Source of the DNA: a virus | Lineage: Duplodnaviria > Caudoviricetes | Strand: one strand, 5' to 3' | Virus record (IMG/VR): IMGVR_UViG_3300016476_000254 | Coordinates: 1-35,515 of that record | Length of the DNA: 35,515 nucleotides | Shown: positions 10,201 to 20,000 of the stretch, one piece after another | Layout of the letters: every line of letters begins with the position of its first letter | How positions within the stretch are numbered: position 1 is the first letter of the stretch | Position numbers and translations under genes: made by a program | Notes under the pieces: model-generated | Told to the model about the DNA's origin: nothing | What the model saw: the letters and a program-made list of their open reading frames with translations, nothing else | Database searches by the model: none

Positions 10201-10727
10201 GTGGTAGGCAGCAAACTGCTGGATTGGCGACAGATGCTAAGTCTATCCTAGACTTTGTTGCTCGGCCAGAAAGCGGCGGCAACTACAATGCATTCCTTGG
10301 CAATGCCAATAATCAAACGGTAGATCTGACCAACATGACCCTGAATGAAGTCATGGCGTTCCAGCGTCAGATGGTTCGACAGGGCAAGGAATCTGGAGCG
10401 GTAGGCCGTTATCAGATTATTGGCTCGACCCTTCAGGGTCTTATCAAGGAAATGAAACTAGATCCGGCAACCACTAAGTTTACTGCCGAGACACAGGACA
10501 AGATGGCTATGCAACTTCTTGAGCGTCGAGGCTATGCTCAATGGAAGGCTGGCAATCTTTCCGATGAAGAGTTTGCCAATCGCATTGCACAGGAATGGGC
10601 TGGCGTTCCAGTTGTAACTGGTCGTAAGGCTGGCTCATCTTTCTATGCTGGTGTCGGATCTAACAAGGCTGGCGTCTCATCGACCGCCTTCCTTAATGCA
10701 ATCAAGTCTGCTCGTGGGGCTGGTTAA
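7290..10727 (+). CDS. Internal virion (ejection) protein with a permuted SGNH-like domain and a C-terminal lysozyme-like domain
   Basis: About 1145 aa; ESGGNYN...GAVGRYQII...QEWA near the C-terminus; GTND, DPLH and GDS motifs just upstream. Confidence 0.78.
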   Translation: MAIQRDERQVLTQPSGRLIREFRTQLPMPDGSGVQAFAKGLGDVGEQEMRRTATEETKLYAESLDFGKDENGNFVKPQAPESFGSFRRELFNELVDRRYTTEVLLDHDNSVAKIYAENKAAGNDPGVALAKAEADMKGRLEGVDPRVRGSVELGMRKNITQYNTQAVAQSAANAERSLITDTVGQIEALSTRMIRAGAVGNTADETLLRSEIETKRQLLVRAGRLTDTPESKEIFWNSIQANINVRRALQTAINDPKFDPQTFPSEINRLQRIVNGEAADNETAFGFKKSDFDKVTDSSLKSLTTELNATETRFRQQYAVSARMQKVQSYLGSVDAGIRRQTFGMSDDDLVVAFNQDITNLNTERGKQGLQPISALSAEGMRYLVDRHGFLPGKMYESTFNNVATLSAEKVEFAAKLYQAARSLPDDTGANTIDVTGQIVSKNDSLFLENYLSSRGAAKDPANALDLTKRVFQEREQRAQSADIEMYAMSEYKRFTQKSDPSRSDFEKDVSNRSDIKWTELPMGARLAFMKSVQENIVLTGNYERGIQLAAQSFKKNWVVDPTNPINRDTKFEKNAYIPRGEAFPMPMNGQNESVPNWANGYVGAILSKYGTPGVDKTGKPVEGSISITGIPDPVPVNSLAVGKNLFFQSTKRGMYDASRPWFQQDNVNPSFQMVYFNPETGAGPAVIHVRNSTLPLEIFPHAEAKAQHEKFSEAARANNTRLNQIDSNARILRREFPGIGFMSGASADMQTPPVVGMQQVQKPMKPVLYDQMGRPTTEFQIDDVGNRIYNGVELFRQPDPDAMVSPAVKDFINRQAPQRQSSLGITGVIALGTNDGNPDAAYKGAIQAIETAKAQGINPVIVLPNAAEGNRFKPISDAVRRAAEEKGVQFEVLAYAANDPLHLDPISAKTLADKYQGAVFFGDSNAVRIANAAGMKAQNRAIVDAGGMTVAREGAASAEISKLISGYRPGGRQQTAGLATDAKSILDFVARPESGGNYNAFLGNANNQTVDLTNMTLNEVMAFQRQMVRQGKESGAVGRYQIIGSTLQGLIKEMKLDPATTKFTAETQDKMAMQLLERRGYAQWKAGNLSDEEFANRIAQEWAGVPVVTGRKAGSSFYAGVGSNKAGVSSTAFLNAIKSARGAG

Positions 10728-13700
10728 TGGCTGGTATTCAAGACTACACTGACGAATACTTTGCTCGTAGTCGTGCAGAGTTAGCGCAGCCATTCCCATC
10801 TCAGGTTGCCCCAGTTCAACTGAGGCAGAGTAACTTTGTCCAAAACGTTTGGGACGAAGTAACTGTGCAGCCATTCTGGAATATGCTGGCTCAAAGCATT
10901 GATGTCTTGCAGCCGCACGACCCCAACTATGAGCCCCTTAGTCCTCAGAATCTAAAGGGCTATGAGCAGTTCAGCAACATTCTTCGTGAGTCTCGCAATG
11001 CCGAGCATGCTGCTGCAATCAAGTCTCGCATTGATCGCTTTCGTGAAACTAAGGAACGCATTGACGAAGAAGGCGGTCTACTCTCTGGCTTTGTCTCGGA
11101 ACTTTTTAACCCAATCAACTATATGTTGCCAGGTTCTAGTTTGATTCGTGGCGTTGGTGCGGCACGTGGCTTTGTTCGCGGTGTTGCTGCCGGTGTTCCT
11201 TCTCAGATTGCCGATGAAGCATTACGTCAGAAGGTCGATCCAACTGTTACACTTATGGAATCGGGAAGCAATCTGGCCTATGGCTTGGTCTTTTCTGGTC
11301 TGCTTGGTAGCGGCCTTGGTATGATGAAGGCTCCTGACATCAATGGTATTTCTGAGAAGTATCGTCAGGATATAAATCGGCACATGGGTATTAAGGCCCA
11401 GTTTGAACAGGGTATTGATACTGGTCTTGATCTATTTGCTAAACAAGAAGAGTTGCAGAAGCAACTTGATGAGGCTCGCAATCCTAAACAGCGATCAGCC
11501 ATTCGCAAAGAGATGGATGATCTTAATCAAAAGATTCAACAACAGACTCTAAAAGCTGCTGAAGTAGAAGTACCGCCTATCAAGGCTGGTGAAGAACCTA
11601 TTATAAAGGCAGTAGAAGAACCAAAGGTAGCAGAGCCCGGTCCTGCAACTGGTGTCTACAAGTTGTCAGAAAAGATGAAGGGTATTCTTCGCATCAATGC
11701 CTATGGTGACCTCATTACATCTGGCGTTGGATTGTGGGAGAGCTTTGGTCATCGTGTTCTTGGAGAGCATGACATTGTGCTCAATAAGAATGTGATTGAT
11801 AAACTTCCAACAGAAGCATCCTTGTATCTTGGTAATGGTCTGAATGAAGGCCCAGCTATTCAGTATCGCGAGACACTTCAATCTGTCTTTGGCGAATATC
11901 TTGGTGGCAGCATGGACCAGATGACTGTAGCTGGATTGAACGTTCCAGTTACGGCTCGCCGCATGGCCGATACTATGCGTGGCGTAGTAGGCCGTCGAGC
12001 ATCTGATGGTCTTATGACCTATCCTGAATTTAAGGACATGATCTATCGCTCGCTTCGTGATGATGGAACCATTGTTGTTCCAGATAAACGAGTTGATGGG
12101 ACTGTCATTGCTGATCGCGAAAAGAAAGCCATCGAGCGTGGCGCTCAGGCTACTGCTGATCTCTATCGTGAACTTGGTGAACGCTTTATCAAGACCGGCT
12201 ATCTTCGTACTAAGCAGTCTGCACTAAAGCAACTTGATACATTCAAGTCTGCCATGACCGAACATCAAGATCGTCTTGTTGGTCTCTATGCTATTGAGAA
12301 GCCAACAGCTAAGCAGCTTGCCGAGATTGAAGTACGCGAAGAAGCGCTGAAGGTTATTGGTGACAAGATCACTGAGATGAATACCTTTGGAGTTAAAGAT
12401 GAGGACTTCTATCAAGATCGCATTCGCGGGATTGCTGCTAGCCGTATGGCTAAGACAGAAAAAGCTGCCGATAAGTTAGAAGAACTTAGGCAAGACTTTG
12501 CTAATCGCCGTCTTGATATGCAAGCCAAACTTGAGGATCTTCTTAGCATTCCTCCAGATCAACTTACTCGTGCTCATATTAGACAGATGTCTTATCTTGA
12601 GCAGAAGCTAGAACAGGGATTAACTGACAAGCAACAGGCTTTTATTCAAAGTCTAGAAGGTCAGGTTAATAAGAAGTACAGCAAGAAACAGATCCAATAT
12701 CTCTACTATATGTTTGAGAAGCAGGATGAGCTTGCTCAAATCCGTAAAGATATTGATGAGGGCGTTATTTCCTATGAGCGCCTACGTGAGAACTATGTCC
12801 CAATCATCTACAATCTTGATGCTATTCTAGTCGATGAAGCTGGAGATAAGGTCTTTAGAAAAAAGATCAAAGCTAAGTTTGTACAAGATTCAGAAGCTAA
12901 TTCTTTCTATAGGGAAAAGAAAGAACTGGCTTATGACCTTGGCTTAAATGAAGCTGCTCGCTTGATTGAGAATGCAGACAGCCTTGCGGTTATTTATAAA
13001 AGGATTGATGAGCTAGAGAAGGAAGCCAATGCGCTTCGCGTAGCTCTATCTCCAGAAGAAATCAAAGCTATCGCTGCTGAACAACGCCGCATTCGAGATG
13101 TTGTTAATAAGCGAATGGCAGAAGTAGAAGCAAAGCTCACTAAGGAAGAGATTGCTGCATATCGAAAGAACGAAGGCCGCATGGATGAGACCGTCTTGGA
13201 AACAAGATTGGCAGTTCTTCTTGGTATGAGACAGGTCCGCGAAATGCCTGCCGACCAACTCAATGCCAAGATTGATGCTATGATTAATAAGCGTGTTGAT
13301 GGCGCTATGAATAGCATTCTTCGCCAGGGCGAACTGGGTGAGCTTTCGGTTGGTGCAAGCAATGGCGCTAGCTTTATGGCAAAGCGTAAGCTCGGCTTCT
13401 CTCCTCATGAGATTGCCGACTTTACAATTACTGATCTCGATGCGCTGTCAATTTCTTATTCAAAGCGTGGCGGTATGTCGAGCCAGTTGACCGGTACTTT
13501 TGGATCTCGCGATGCTGTCATTGGTATCTATCGAGCTCTTGCTGATGGCATTAATGATCTCAAAGGTAATGACCTTGAGAAGATTATGAACCAGGTCAAT
13601 AAGGCAAAGAACTCCATGATTGATGTCCGAGACTACGCTCTTGGAGATCAGTGGGTTAAAGACGTAACGGCTTGGGATCGTAAGGCTGTCCGTGCTGTGC

Positions 13701-14911
13701 TTGATTGGTCAACGACAACCAATCTTGATAATGCGGTTGTCCCGTCCATTGCTGACGCCATTCGCCCAATAACTACATTTGGTGTCATGCGTACTATGGA
13801 GTTTGCCTTCAAAGGAATGTTCTCAGATCTTGATAACATCAAGGCTATGAAGGGCGAGCTTGGTCGTATCACTGGTGAGTTTGGTGAAGTCTCAGGCGCA
13901 GCCGCTGCTCATACCTATGTAAATGGTGGAGGTATTTCTTCTGCTGGAACCAATTGGGCTACTCGTTCTCTTGATAAGTTTTCAGGATTTGCCAATGGTC
14001 CGTTTTTTATCTTAAACGGCTTGTCGATCTTGACTGAAACGCTCAAGCGTTGGACTGGTTTGATGTCATCTCACTTCTTGATTGAAGATGCTATCAAGAT
14101 TGCCAGTGGCAAGGCAGATGAGCAAACCAAGATTAATTGGCGAGCTGCATCTTTGGCAGATGAGGATGCTACTAAGATTGCCAAGCTAGTAGAGGATGGC
14201 ATCATTGAGCGCCCCAACTATGGCTACTATGCCAATACAGGTAAATGGAACGATGACGAACTGGTCAATCGGTTTTCTGTTGCGGTTCGTACCGAGATTC
14301 GTCGCACCATTGTAACCTCTGGCCCTGCCAATAAGCCAACGGCAGCCCAAGGTTTTATTGGTCAAGGCGAGAACCGTAAAGAAATTGCCCTGGCTCGGTT
14401 GCCGTTCCAGCTTATGTCCTGGGCATTTGCCGCTAACAATAAGATTATGCTCTCGGCACTTCAGGGTCGTGACGCCAATATGTTTGGTACTGCTCTAACC
14501 CTCATTGGTATGGGCGGTATTGTTAGCTATCTAACAACGCCAGCTAATATCTGGGACAAGTTGACTATGGAAGAGAAGGTGCTGCGCTCTGTCGAGCGAT
14601 CAGGCGTCTTTGGTATCTTTACCGATATGTCCTCAATGGTAGAGACAGCCACCCGTGGTCACTATGGCATTCGTCCTATGCTTGGCATGGACCCGCCCTA
14701 TGGCGAGGTTGATGGCTATCGCCAGTTCAGTCGTATTGCTGGTGCACCAACCTCAAACTTTGTTGACCTCTACAAGATCTTTGTTGACCAGGATCTCACG
14801 GATCGAGAGCGAGCAAAGTCTGTAATTAATATGATCCCTCTGACTGGTGCTTTCTACTGGAAAGAGGGCTGGCAACAACTCGGGAGATCGGCGGCTGACG
14901 GTTGGGATTAG
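10727..14911 (+). CDS. Large internal virion (ejection) protein
   Basis: 1394 aa, helical/coiled-coil, with hydrophobic Gly-rich segments; lies between the ejection and fibre genes. Confidence 0.75.
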   Translation: MAGIQDYTDEYFARSRAELAQPFPSQVAPVQLRQSNFVQNVWDEVTVQPFWNMLAQSIDVLQPHDPNYEPLSPQNLKGYEQFSNILRESRNAEHAAAIKSRIDRFRETKERIDEEGGLLSGFVSELFNPINYMLPGSSLIRGVGAARGFVRGVAAGVPSQIADEALRQKVDPTVTLMESGSNLAYGLVFSGLLGSGLGMMKAPDINGISEKYRQDINRHMGIKAQFEQGIDTGLDLFAKQEELQKQLDEARNPKQRSAIRKEMDDLNQKIQQQTLKAAEVEVPPIKAGEEPIIKAVEEPKVAEPGPATGVYKLSEKMKGILRINAYGDLITSGVGLWESFGHRVLGEHDIVLNKNVIDKLPTEASLYLGNGLNEGPAIQYRETLQSVFGEYLGGSMDQMTVAGLNVPVTARRMADTMRGVVGRRASDGLMTYPEFKDMIYRSLRDDGTIVVPDKRVDGTVIADREKKAIERGAQATADLYRELGERFIKTGYLRTKQSALKQLDTFKSAMTEHQDRLVGLYAIEKPTAKQLAEIEVREEALKVIGDKITEMNTFGVKDEDFYQDRIRGIAASRMAKTEKAADKLEELRQDFANRRLDMQAKLEDLLSIPPDQLTRAHIRQMSYLEQKLEQGLTDKQQAFIQSLEGQVNKKYSKKQIQYLYYMFEKQDELAQIRKDIDEGVISYERLRENYVPIIYNLDAILVDEAGDKVFRKKIKAKFVQDSEANSFYREKKELAYDLGLNEAARLIENADSLAVIYKRIDELEKEANALRVALSPEEIKAIAAEQRRIRDVVNKRMAEVEAKLTKEEIAAYRKNEGRMDETVLETRLAVLLGMRQVREMPADQLNAKIDAMINKRVDGAMNSILRQGELGELSVGASNGASFMAKRKLGFSPHEIADFTITDLDALSISYSKRGGMSSQLTGTFGSRDAVIGIYRALADGINDLKGNDLEKIMNQVNKAKNSMIDVRDYALGDQWVKDVTAWDRKAVRAVLDWSTTTNLDNAVVPSIADAIRPITTFGVMRTMEFAFKGMFSDLDNIKAMKGELGRITGEFGEVSGAAAAHTYVNGGGISSAGTNWATRSLDKFSGFANGPFFILNGLSILTETLKRWTGLMSSHFLIEDAIKIASGKADEQTKINWRAASLADEDATKIAKLVEDGIIERPNYGYYANTGKWNDDELVNRFSVAVRTEIRRTIVTSGPANKPTAAQGFIGQGENRKEIALARLPFQLMSWAFAANNKIMLSALQGRDANMFGTALTLIGMGGIVSYLTTPANIWDKLTMEEKVLRSVERSGVFGIFTDMSSMVETATRGHYGIRPMLGMDPPYGEVDGYRQFSRIAGAPTSNFVDLYKIFVDQDLTDRERAKSVINMIPLTGAFYWKEGWQQLGRSAADGWD

Positions 14912-14962
14912 TCCATTTCTAACCCCTTGAAACAGCCAGAGAAAGGTATCTAGGAGAGTAAC

Positions 14963-16528
14963 ATGGCTATTCTAATCAACGACACTACGCCTCGCGCTCA
15001 ATACACGGCGACCTCTGGTCAGACCGTGTTCTCTGTGCCGTTTGAGTTCTTTGAGAATGCGGATCTCAAGGTCTATAAAAACTCTACTCTCCTGACTTTG
15101 ACCACACATTACACGGTCACTGGTGCTGGTGTGACTGGTGGCGGCTCGGTTACCCTGGTAACTGGCGCGACGGCTGGCGATATCCTGACGATCACCCGTG
15201 ACATTGCGGTTAAGCGTGTTACCGACTTTCCTACGTCTGGCCCGTTCAATGTAGACGCGCTGAATACCGATCTTGACCGATTGACTGCAATGATGCAGGA
15301 GCGCGAAAATGGCCTGACTCGCGTTGTCCAGCTCTCCGAGACTGATACGGCAGCTTCTCTCCAACTACCTACTACCGCCACTCGCGCTAACAAAGTCTTG
15401 GGCTTTGACTCAACCGGCAATGCTATCTCTATGCAGGAGATTGGCACGTATCGAGGCAACTGGGCCGCCTCTACTGCCTATCTTGTTCGAGATCTCATCA
15501 AAGATACAAGCAACAGCAACATTTACATTTGCCTTGTTGCTCATACATCAAGCGGTTCTCAACCTATCTCTAGCAATGCTGACTCAGCTAAGTGGGCGTT
15601 GATTGTTGATGCTTCTGCTGCTGCTACTTCAGCCAGCAATGCGGCAACTAGCGAGACTAATGCTGCTGCCTCGGCAATCCTGGCTAATGACTGGGCTACT
15701 AAGACAAGTGGCCCTGTAGCTGGTGGCGAGTACAGCGCCAAGTACCATGCAAATGCTGCATCGACGTCTGCAAGCAATGCTTCTACATCTGCATCTAATG
15801 CTGCTACATCAGCATCTAATGCTTCTGCTGCCCAGACTGCTGCCGAATCGGCTCGCGATGCAACGCTTGCTGCTTATGATAGCTTTGATGATCGCTATCT
15901 TGGTACTAAGACTAGCGATCCAACACTAGATAATGATGGCAATGCGCTAGTTGCTGGTGCTTTGTACTTCAACTCTTCACTTGGATACATGAAGGTCTAC
16001 ACTGGTAGCGTATGGGTTGCTGCCTATGTTACTGGATCTGCATCTGCCATTGGATTTACTCCAGCTGGCAACATTGCATCTTCTAATGTTCAGGCTGCCA
16101 TTGAAGAACTAGATACCGAGAAGCTAGCCACTTCTGCTATTGGTACAACTGTCCAGGCATATGATGCCAATACTGCAAAGACAAATGTTAATCAGTCTTT
16201 TAGTAAGGCGCAGCGTGGTACAATCTCGGCATTGACTGATGGCGCAACGATTACGCCTGACTTCTCTCTTGCCAATAATTACAGCGTCACGCTTGGCGGC
16301 AACCGTACTCTTGCTAATCCAACTAACCTAACTGCCGGTCAGTCTGGTGCAATTGTCATCACACAGGACGGCACAGGCTCTCGCACGCTGGCCTATGGCA
16401 GCTATTGGAAGTTCCCCGGCGGCACGGCTCCAACGCTTACAACCACTGCTAGCGCAGTCGATGTTCTTGTCTATTATGTTGAGAGCGCAACCCGCATCAC
16501 GGCTCGTCTCCTTTCGGATGTGAAGTAA
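14963..16528 (+). CDS. Tail fibre protein with T7-type N-terminal attachment domain
   Basis: YTATSGQTVFSVPFEFF...LNTDLDRL N-terminus, Ala/Ser-rich coiled stalk, C-terminal ITQDGTGSRTL module; AGGAG RBS. Confidence 0.88.
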   Translation: MAILINDTTPRAQYTATSGQTVFSVPFEFFENADLKVYKNSTLLTLTTHYTVTGAGVTGGGSVTLVTGATAGDILTITRDIAVKRVTDFPTSGPFNVDALNTDLDRLTAMMQERENGLTRVVQLSETDTAASLQLPTTATRANKVLGFDSTGNAISMQEIGTYRGNWAASTAYLVRDLIKDTSNSNIYICLVAHTSSGSQPISSNADSAKWALIVDASAAATSASNAATSETNAAASAILANDWATKTSGPVAGGEYSAKYHANAASTSASNASTSASNAATSASNASAAQTAAESARDATLAAYDSFDDRYLGTKTSDPTLDNDGNALVAGALYFNSSLGYMKVYTGSVWVAAYVTGSASAIGFTPAGNIASSNVQAAIEELDTEKLATSAIGTTVQAYDANTAKTNVNQSFSKAQRGTISALTDGATITPDFSLANNYSVTLGGNRTLANPTNLTAGQSGAIVITQDGTGSRTLAYGSYWKFPGGTAPTLTTTASAVDVLVYYVESATRITARLLSDVK

Positions 16529-19380
16529 TGACCCCCGGCTCGGCTTCTCCTCTTCTCCTCGATGCTGCTGCTGGTGGCTATCAGATCAGTCGTTCGCTGC
16601 GGTTCCGGTTGAGTGCGTCGGCATATTTAAATCGTACGCCAAGCAGCGCAGGAAATCGTAGAACATGGACTTGGAGCGGGTGGGCAAAACGTGGAGCTTT
16701 TCCGTCTGCGTTTTGTACGCTATTTAATGCTGGCACGGTTTTATCTGGCAACACCGGTTTTTTTGGTATCAGATGGACCGCAAACCAAACGCTAGATGTG
16801 ACAACAGATAGCACTGACTTGCGCCAAACAACGCAAGTATTCCGCGATCCGTCTGCTTGGTATCACATTGTTGTCGCTGTCGATACGACTCAAGCAACAG
16901 GTGCTAATCGCGTAAAGGTTTATGTTAATGGGTCTGAGGTTACTTCGTTTGTAACCTCTAATGATCCGGCGCAAAATCTCGATACGGCTGTCAATAATAA
17001 CGTTATTCATGAAATTGGACGCACAACATGGAGTGCCAACGGCCATTTTGACGGTTATCTTGCTGATGTCTATTTTATTGATAGCCAAGCCCTAACACCA
17101 TCATCCTTTGGTGAAACAGATCTTGTGACAGGAGTCTGGAAACCAAAACGTTACACTGGCACATACGGCACAAACGGCTTCTACCTAAACTTTTCCGATA
17201 ATAGCGCGGCAACTGCCGCTGCTATTGGCAAGGATAGCTCTGGCAACGGCAATAACTTTACGCCAAACAATATTGTAGTTTCTGCTGGGGCTACTTCTTA
17301 TAGTGGTTACTTCAATGGAAGTGCATATGTTCAGACTCCTACATCTACTAATCTTGCATTAGGGTCTGGAGATTTTACAGTAGAGATGTGGTTTAAAAGA
17401 ACGGGCGGGCCTACTCAGCAAGCCTTGTTTGCTTATGATGGCAATGACCCATATTTTGAATTTGATAATAGTAATATGAGAATGATTATTAATGGAGTAG
17501 ATATAGCTGGCCCTACAGTTATCTCTAGCAATGTTTGGTATCATGTAGCTTGGGTTCGGGTTAGTGGACAAATCAGAATATATCTGAACGGAACCCTTGA
17601 AGTTTCCGCTACATCTGCTGGAGCTTTGACAGATAATATAGCTCGGATTGGTATGCGTCGTGATGGCACGACTCCATTTACTGGCTATATTAGCAACCTT
17701 AGAATGGTTAAGGGTACAGCAGTTTACACATCAAACTTCACACCACCTACATCTCCTTTGACAGCGATTAGTGGCACGCAACTTCTTACGCTGCAAAGCG
17801 CAACTATTGTCGATAACAGTACAAACGCATTTGCACTGACAAACAGTTCAACAACTGTCTCGTCATCTGAGCAGCCATTTCCAACAGCGTCGAGCATAGA
17901 CAGCATAATCGACACGCCTACGCCGTATGATGACGGTGAAAATGGGCGTGGGAATTACTGCGTTCTAAGCCCAGCATTTGCTGGTGCAGGGACAACTCTT
18001 TCAAATGGCAACTTAACAGCTACACTTGCTGCCGCAAATGCGTTTGGCTCTGTGTCAAATACAGTTGGAAAGTGGTACTTTGAAGTGACAATGGGGTCTA
18101 TTAGCGGGGCATATGTTGGTGTAATTGACAGCACTTTTAACGTTGCCAACTCATCCGCATGGACCACACAAGCTAGATCATATGCTAGTAGCGGTAGTAA
18201 ATACGATGGAAGTTCCACGTCATATGGAGCTTCGTATACACAAAACGATATTATTGGTGTCGCTTATGATCTCGATGCGGGTACTATTACGTTTTACAAA
18301 AACGGAGTAAGTCAAGGGACAGCATTTACTACTCTCAGCGGTAAAGAATGGAAGCCATTTGTCTATGATGGCACTTCTGGAGGCACTTTCCACCTCAACT
18401 TCGGCCAACGCCCATTTACCTACACGCCACCATCTGGCTACAAGGCGCTCAACACGCAGAACCTTTCGACACCAACAATTTTAAAACCTAATGCATGGTT
18501 TGATGTAAAGCTTGACACAGGCGCTAACATTAAAACTACTGCTGAAGCTACGTTTAGTGGCGATGAATTAATATGGATTAAAGACAGAGCTAACGCTAAT
18601 AATCATCAATTGATTGATACTGTGCGCGGGGCAACTAATGTTTTACAGTCTAACACAACGTCTGTGGACACTACGTATTCTACACCAACAGGCAATAGTG
18701 TTGGTTGGGTATGGAAAGAAGGCGCAACGCCTGGCTTTGACATTGTAACCTACACTGGTCCAGTATCTTCTGCTGCACAAAACGTTGCGCACAATCTTGG
18801 TGTTAAACCAGAGATGATGATTGTCAAAGCTCGCAATCTTGCTGGTCGCAACTGGGCTGTCTATCACAAAGAACTTGGCGCAACGCAATGTCTGCGCTTA
18901 AATCTTACCAACGCAGCGGCTTCTGTTTCTACCTACTGGAACAACACTGAGCCTACATCTACTCAGTTTACCGTTGGTACAGATAACGACACTAACGCAA
19001 ACACATACAACTATGTTGCTTATTTGTTTGCTGGTGTTGAAGGTTTCTCTAAGTTTGGTAAGTACACAGGCAATGGCTCTGCTGATGGCCCGTTTGTGTT
19101 TTGTGGGTTTAGGCCAAGATATGTGCTGGTCAAAAATGCTAGCTCTGGTGTTGAAAACTGGTGGCAACATGACACTAGCAGAGAGCCATACAATACAATG
19201 ACATCATTGTTAGCTCCAGACTCAAACACATCAGAAGTAGTAAACACACAACACGCTTTTGATGTTGTATCTAATGGATTCAAAATTAGAACAAATGCGG
19301 CTGGTGCAAATAGTTCCAGTCAAACAATCATCTTCGCGGCCTTCGCGGAGAACCCCTTCAAATATGCTCTGGCGAGGTAG
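16528..19380 (+). CDS. Receptor-binding/tail fibre protein with LamG (ConA-like) and SPRY-like domains
   Basis: FRDPSAWYHIVVA, GDFTVEMW...WYHVA, GKWYFEV...DIIGVAYDLDAG, GFDIVTYTG, GFRPRYVLVK. Confidence 0.85.
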   Translation: MTPGSASPLLLDAAAGGYQISRSLRFRLSASAYLNRTPSSAGNRRTWTWSGWAKRGAFPSAFCTLFNAGTVLSGNTGFFGIRWTANQTLDVTTDSTDLRQTTQVFRDPSAWYHIVVAVDTTQATGANRVKVYVNGSEVTSFVTSNDPAQNLDTAVNNNVIHEIGRTTWSANGHFDGYLADVYFIDSQALTPSSFGETDLVTGVWKPKRYTGTYGTNGFYLNFSDNSAATAAAIGKDSSGNGNNFTPNNIVVSAGATSYSGYFNGSAYVQTPTSTNLALGSGDFTVEMWFKRTGGPTQQALFAYDGNDPYFEFDNSNMRMIINGVDIAGPTVISSNVWYHVAWVRVSGQIRIYLNGTLEVSATSAGALTDNIARIGMRRDGTTPFTGYISNLRMVKGTAVYTSNFTPPTSPLTAISGTQLLTLQSATIVDNSTNAFALTNSSTTVSSSEQPFPTASSIDSIIDTPTPYDDGENGRGNYCVLSPAFAGAGTTLSNGNLTATLAAANAFGSVSNTVGKWYFEVTMGSISGAYVGVIDSTFNVANSSAWTTQARSYASSGSKYDGSSTSYGASYTQNDIIGVAYDLDAGTITFYKNGVSQGTAFTTLSGKEWKPFVYDGTSGGTFHLNFGQRPFTYTPPSGYKALNTQNLSTPTILKPNAWFDVKLDTGANIKTTAEATFSGDELIWIKDRANANNHQLIDTVRGATNVLQSNTTSVDTTYSTPTGNSVGWVWKEGATPGFDIVTYTGPVSSAAQNVAHNLGVKPEMMIVKARNLAGRNWAVYHKELGATQCLRLNLTNAAASVSTYWNNTEPTSTQFTVGTDNDTNANTYNYVAYLFAGVEGFSKFGKYTGNGSADGPFVFCGFRPRYVLVKNASSGVENWWQHDTSREPYNTMTSLLAPDSNTSEVVNTQHAFDVVSNGFKIRTNAAGANSSSQTIIFAAFAENPFKYALAR

Positions 19381-19383
19381 CAC

Positions 19384-19824
19384 ATGTTTATGCTTGATCA
19401 ACGTATCCTGCCGCTCGATACTCCTTTCGAGCATAATGGTATTCAGTATCCTGCCAACTGGCTAAGGCTTACTTCAATAGAGGAAAAGCAAGCTATTGGC
19501 ATTACTGAAGTGCCAGATCCTGTTCGTGCTGATGATCGCTTTTACTGGGATGGCGACATCAATAATCCAAAAGATGTCAATATGGTGCGAGCCATGCTGA
19601 CTGAGCAGATTCGTCAGACTGCATACACAATGCTGCTTCCAACTGATTGGCAAATTGTGCGTCAGGTTGAGACAGGAACTGCTGCGGATCAGAGTACGCT
19701 GACAAAACGTGCCGCTATTCGTTCGGCTCATACATCTAATCTTGCTGCCATCAATGCAGCAGTAGACACGCCAGCATTGGCAGCACTGCAATTTACCTGG
19801 CCTACGGAGGATAACAATGTCTAA
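19384..19824 (+). CDS. Tail fibre-associated/assembly protein
   Basis: QYPANWLRL, LLPTDWQIVR and terminal WP; directly follows the fibre gene. Confidence 0.7.
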   Translation: MFMLDQRILPLDTPFEHNGIQYPANWLRLTSIEEKQAIGITEVPDPVRADDRFYWDGDINNPKDVNMVRAMLTEQIRQTAYTMLLPTDWQIVRQVETGTAADQSTLTKRAAIRSAHTSNLAAINAAVDTPALAALQFTWPTEDNNV

Positions 19825-19999
19825 CCCGGTAGATGAGCCACTTAAAATTGCAGGAGATATAGTATCAGTGACTACTGTGGTTGGCACTTTGGCTGGCATT
19901 CTGCCATCAATCGCTGCTGTCTTTACTATTGTATGGACCAGCATTCGTATCTATGAAACCGAGACTGTTCAGTCCTGGCTGCGTAAGTGGAAGGAATGA
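19817..19999 (+). CDS. Small membrane protein (holin-like candidate)
   Basis: 60 aa hydrophobic protein, GGAGG RBS. Confidence 0.65.
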   Translation: MSNPVDEPLKIAGDIVSVTTVVGTLAGILPSIAAVFTIVWTSIRIYETETVQSWLRKWKE

Positions 20000-20000
20000 A

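Noticed and set aside
15610-15870. Ala/Ser-rich repeats in the tail fibre gene
   Set aside because: Ordinary coiled-coil stalk low complexity, not a DNA-level repeat system
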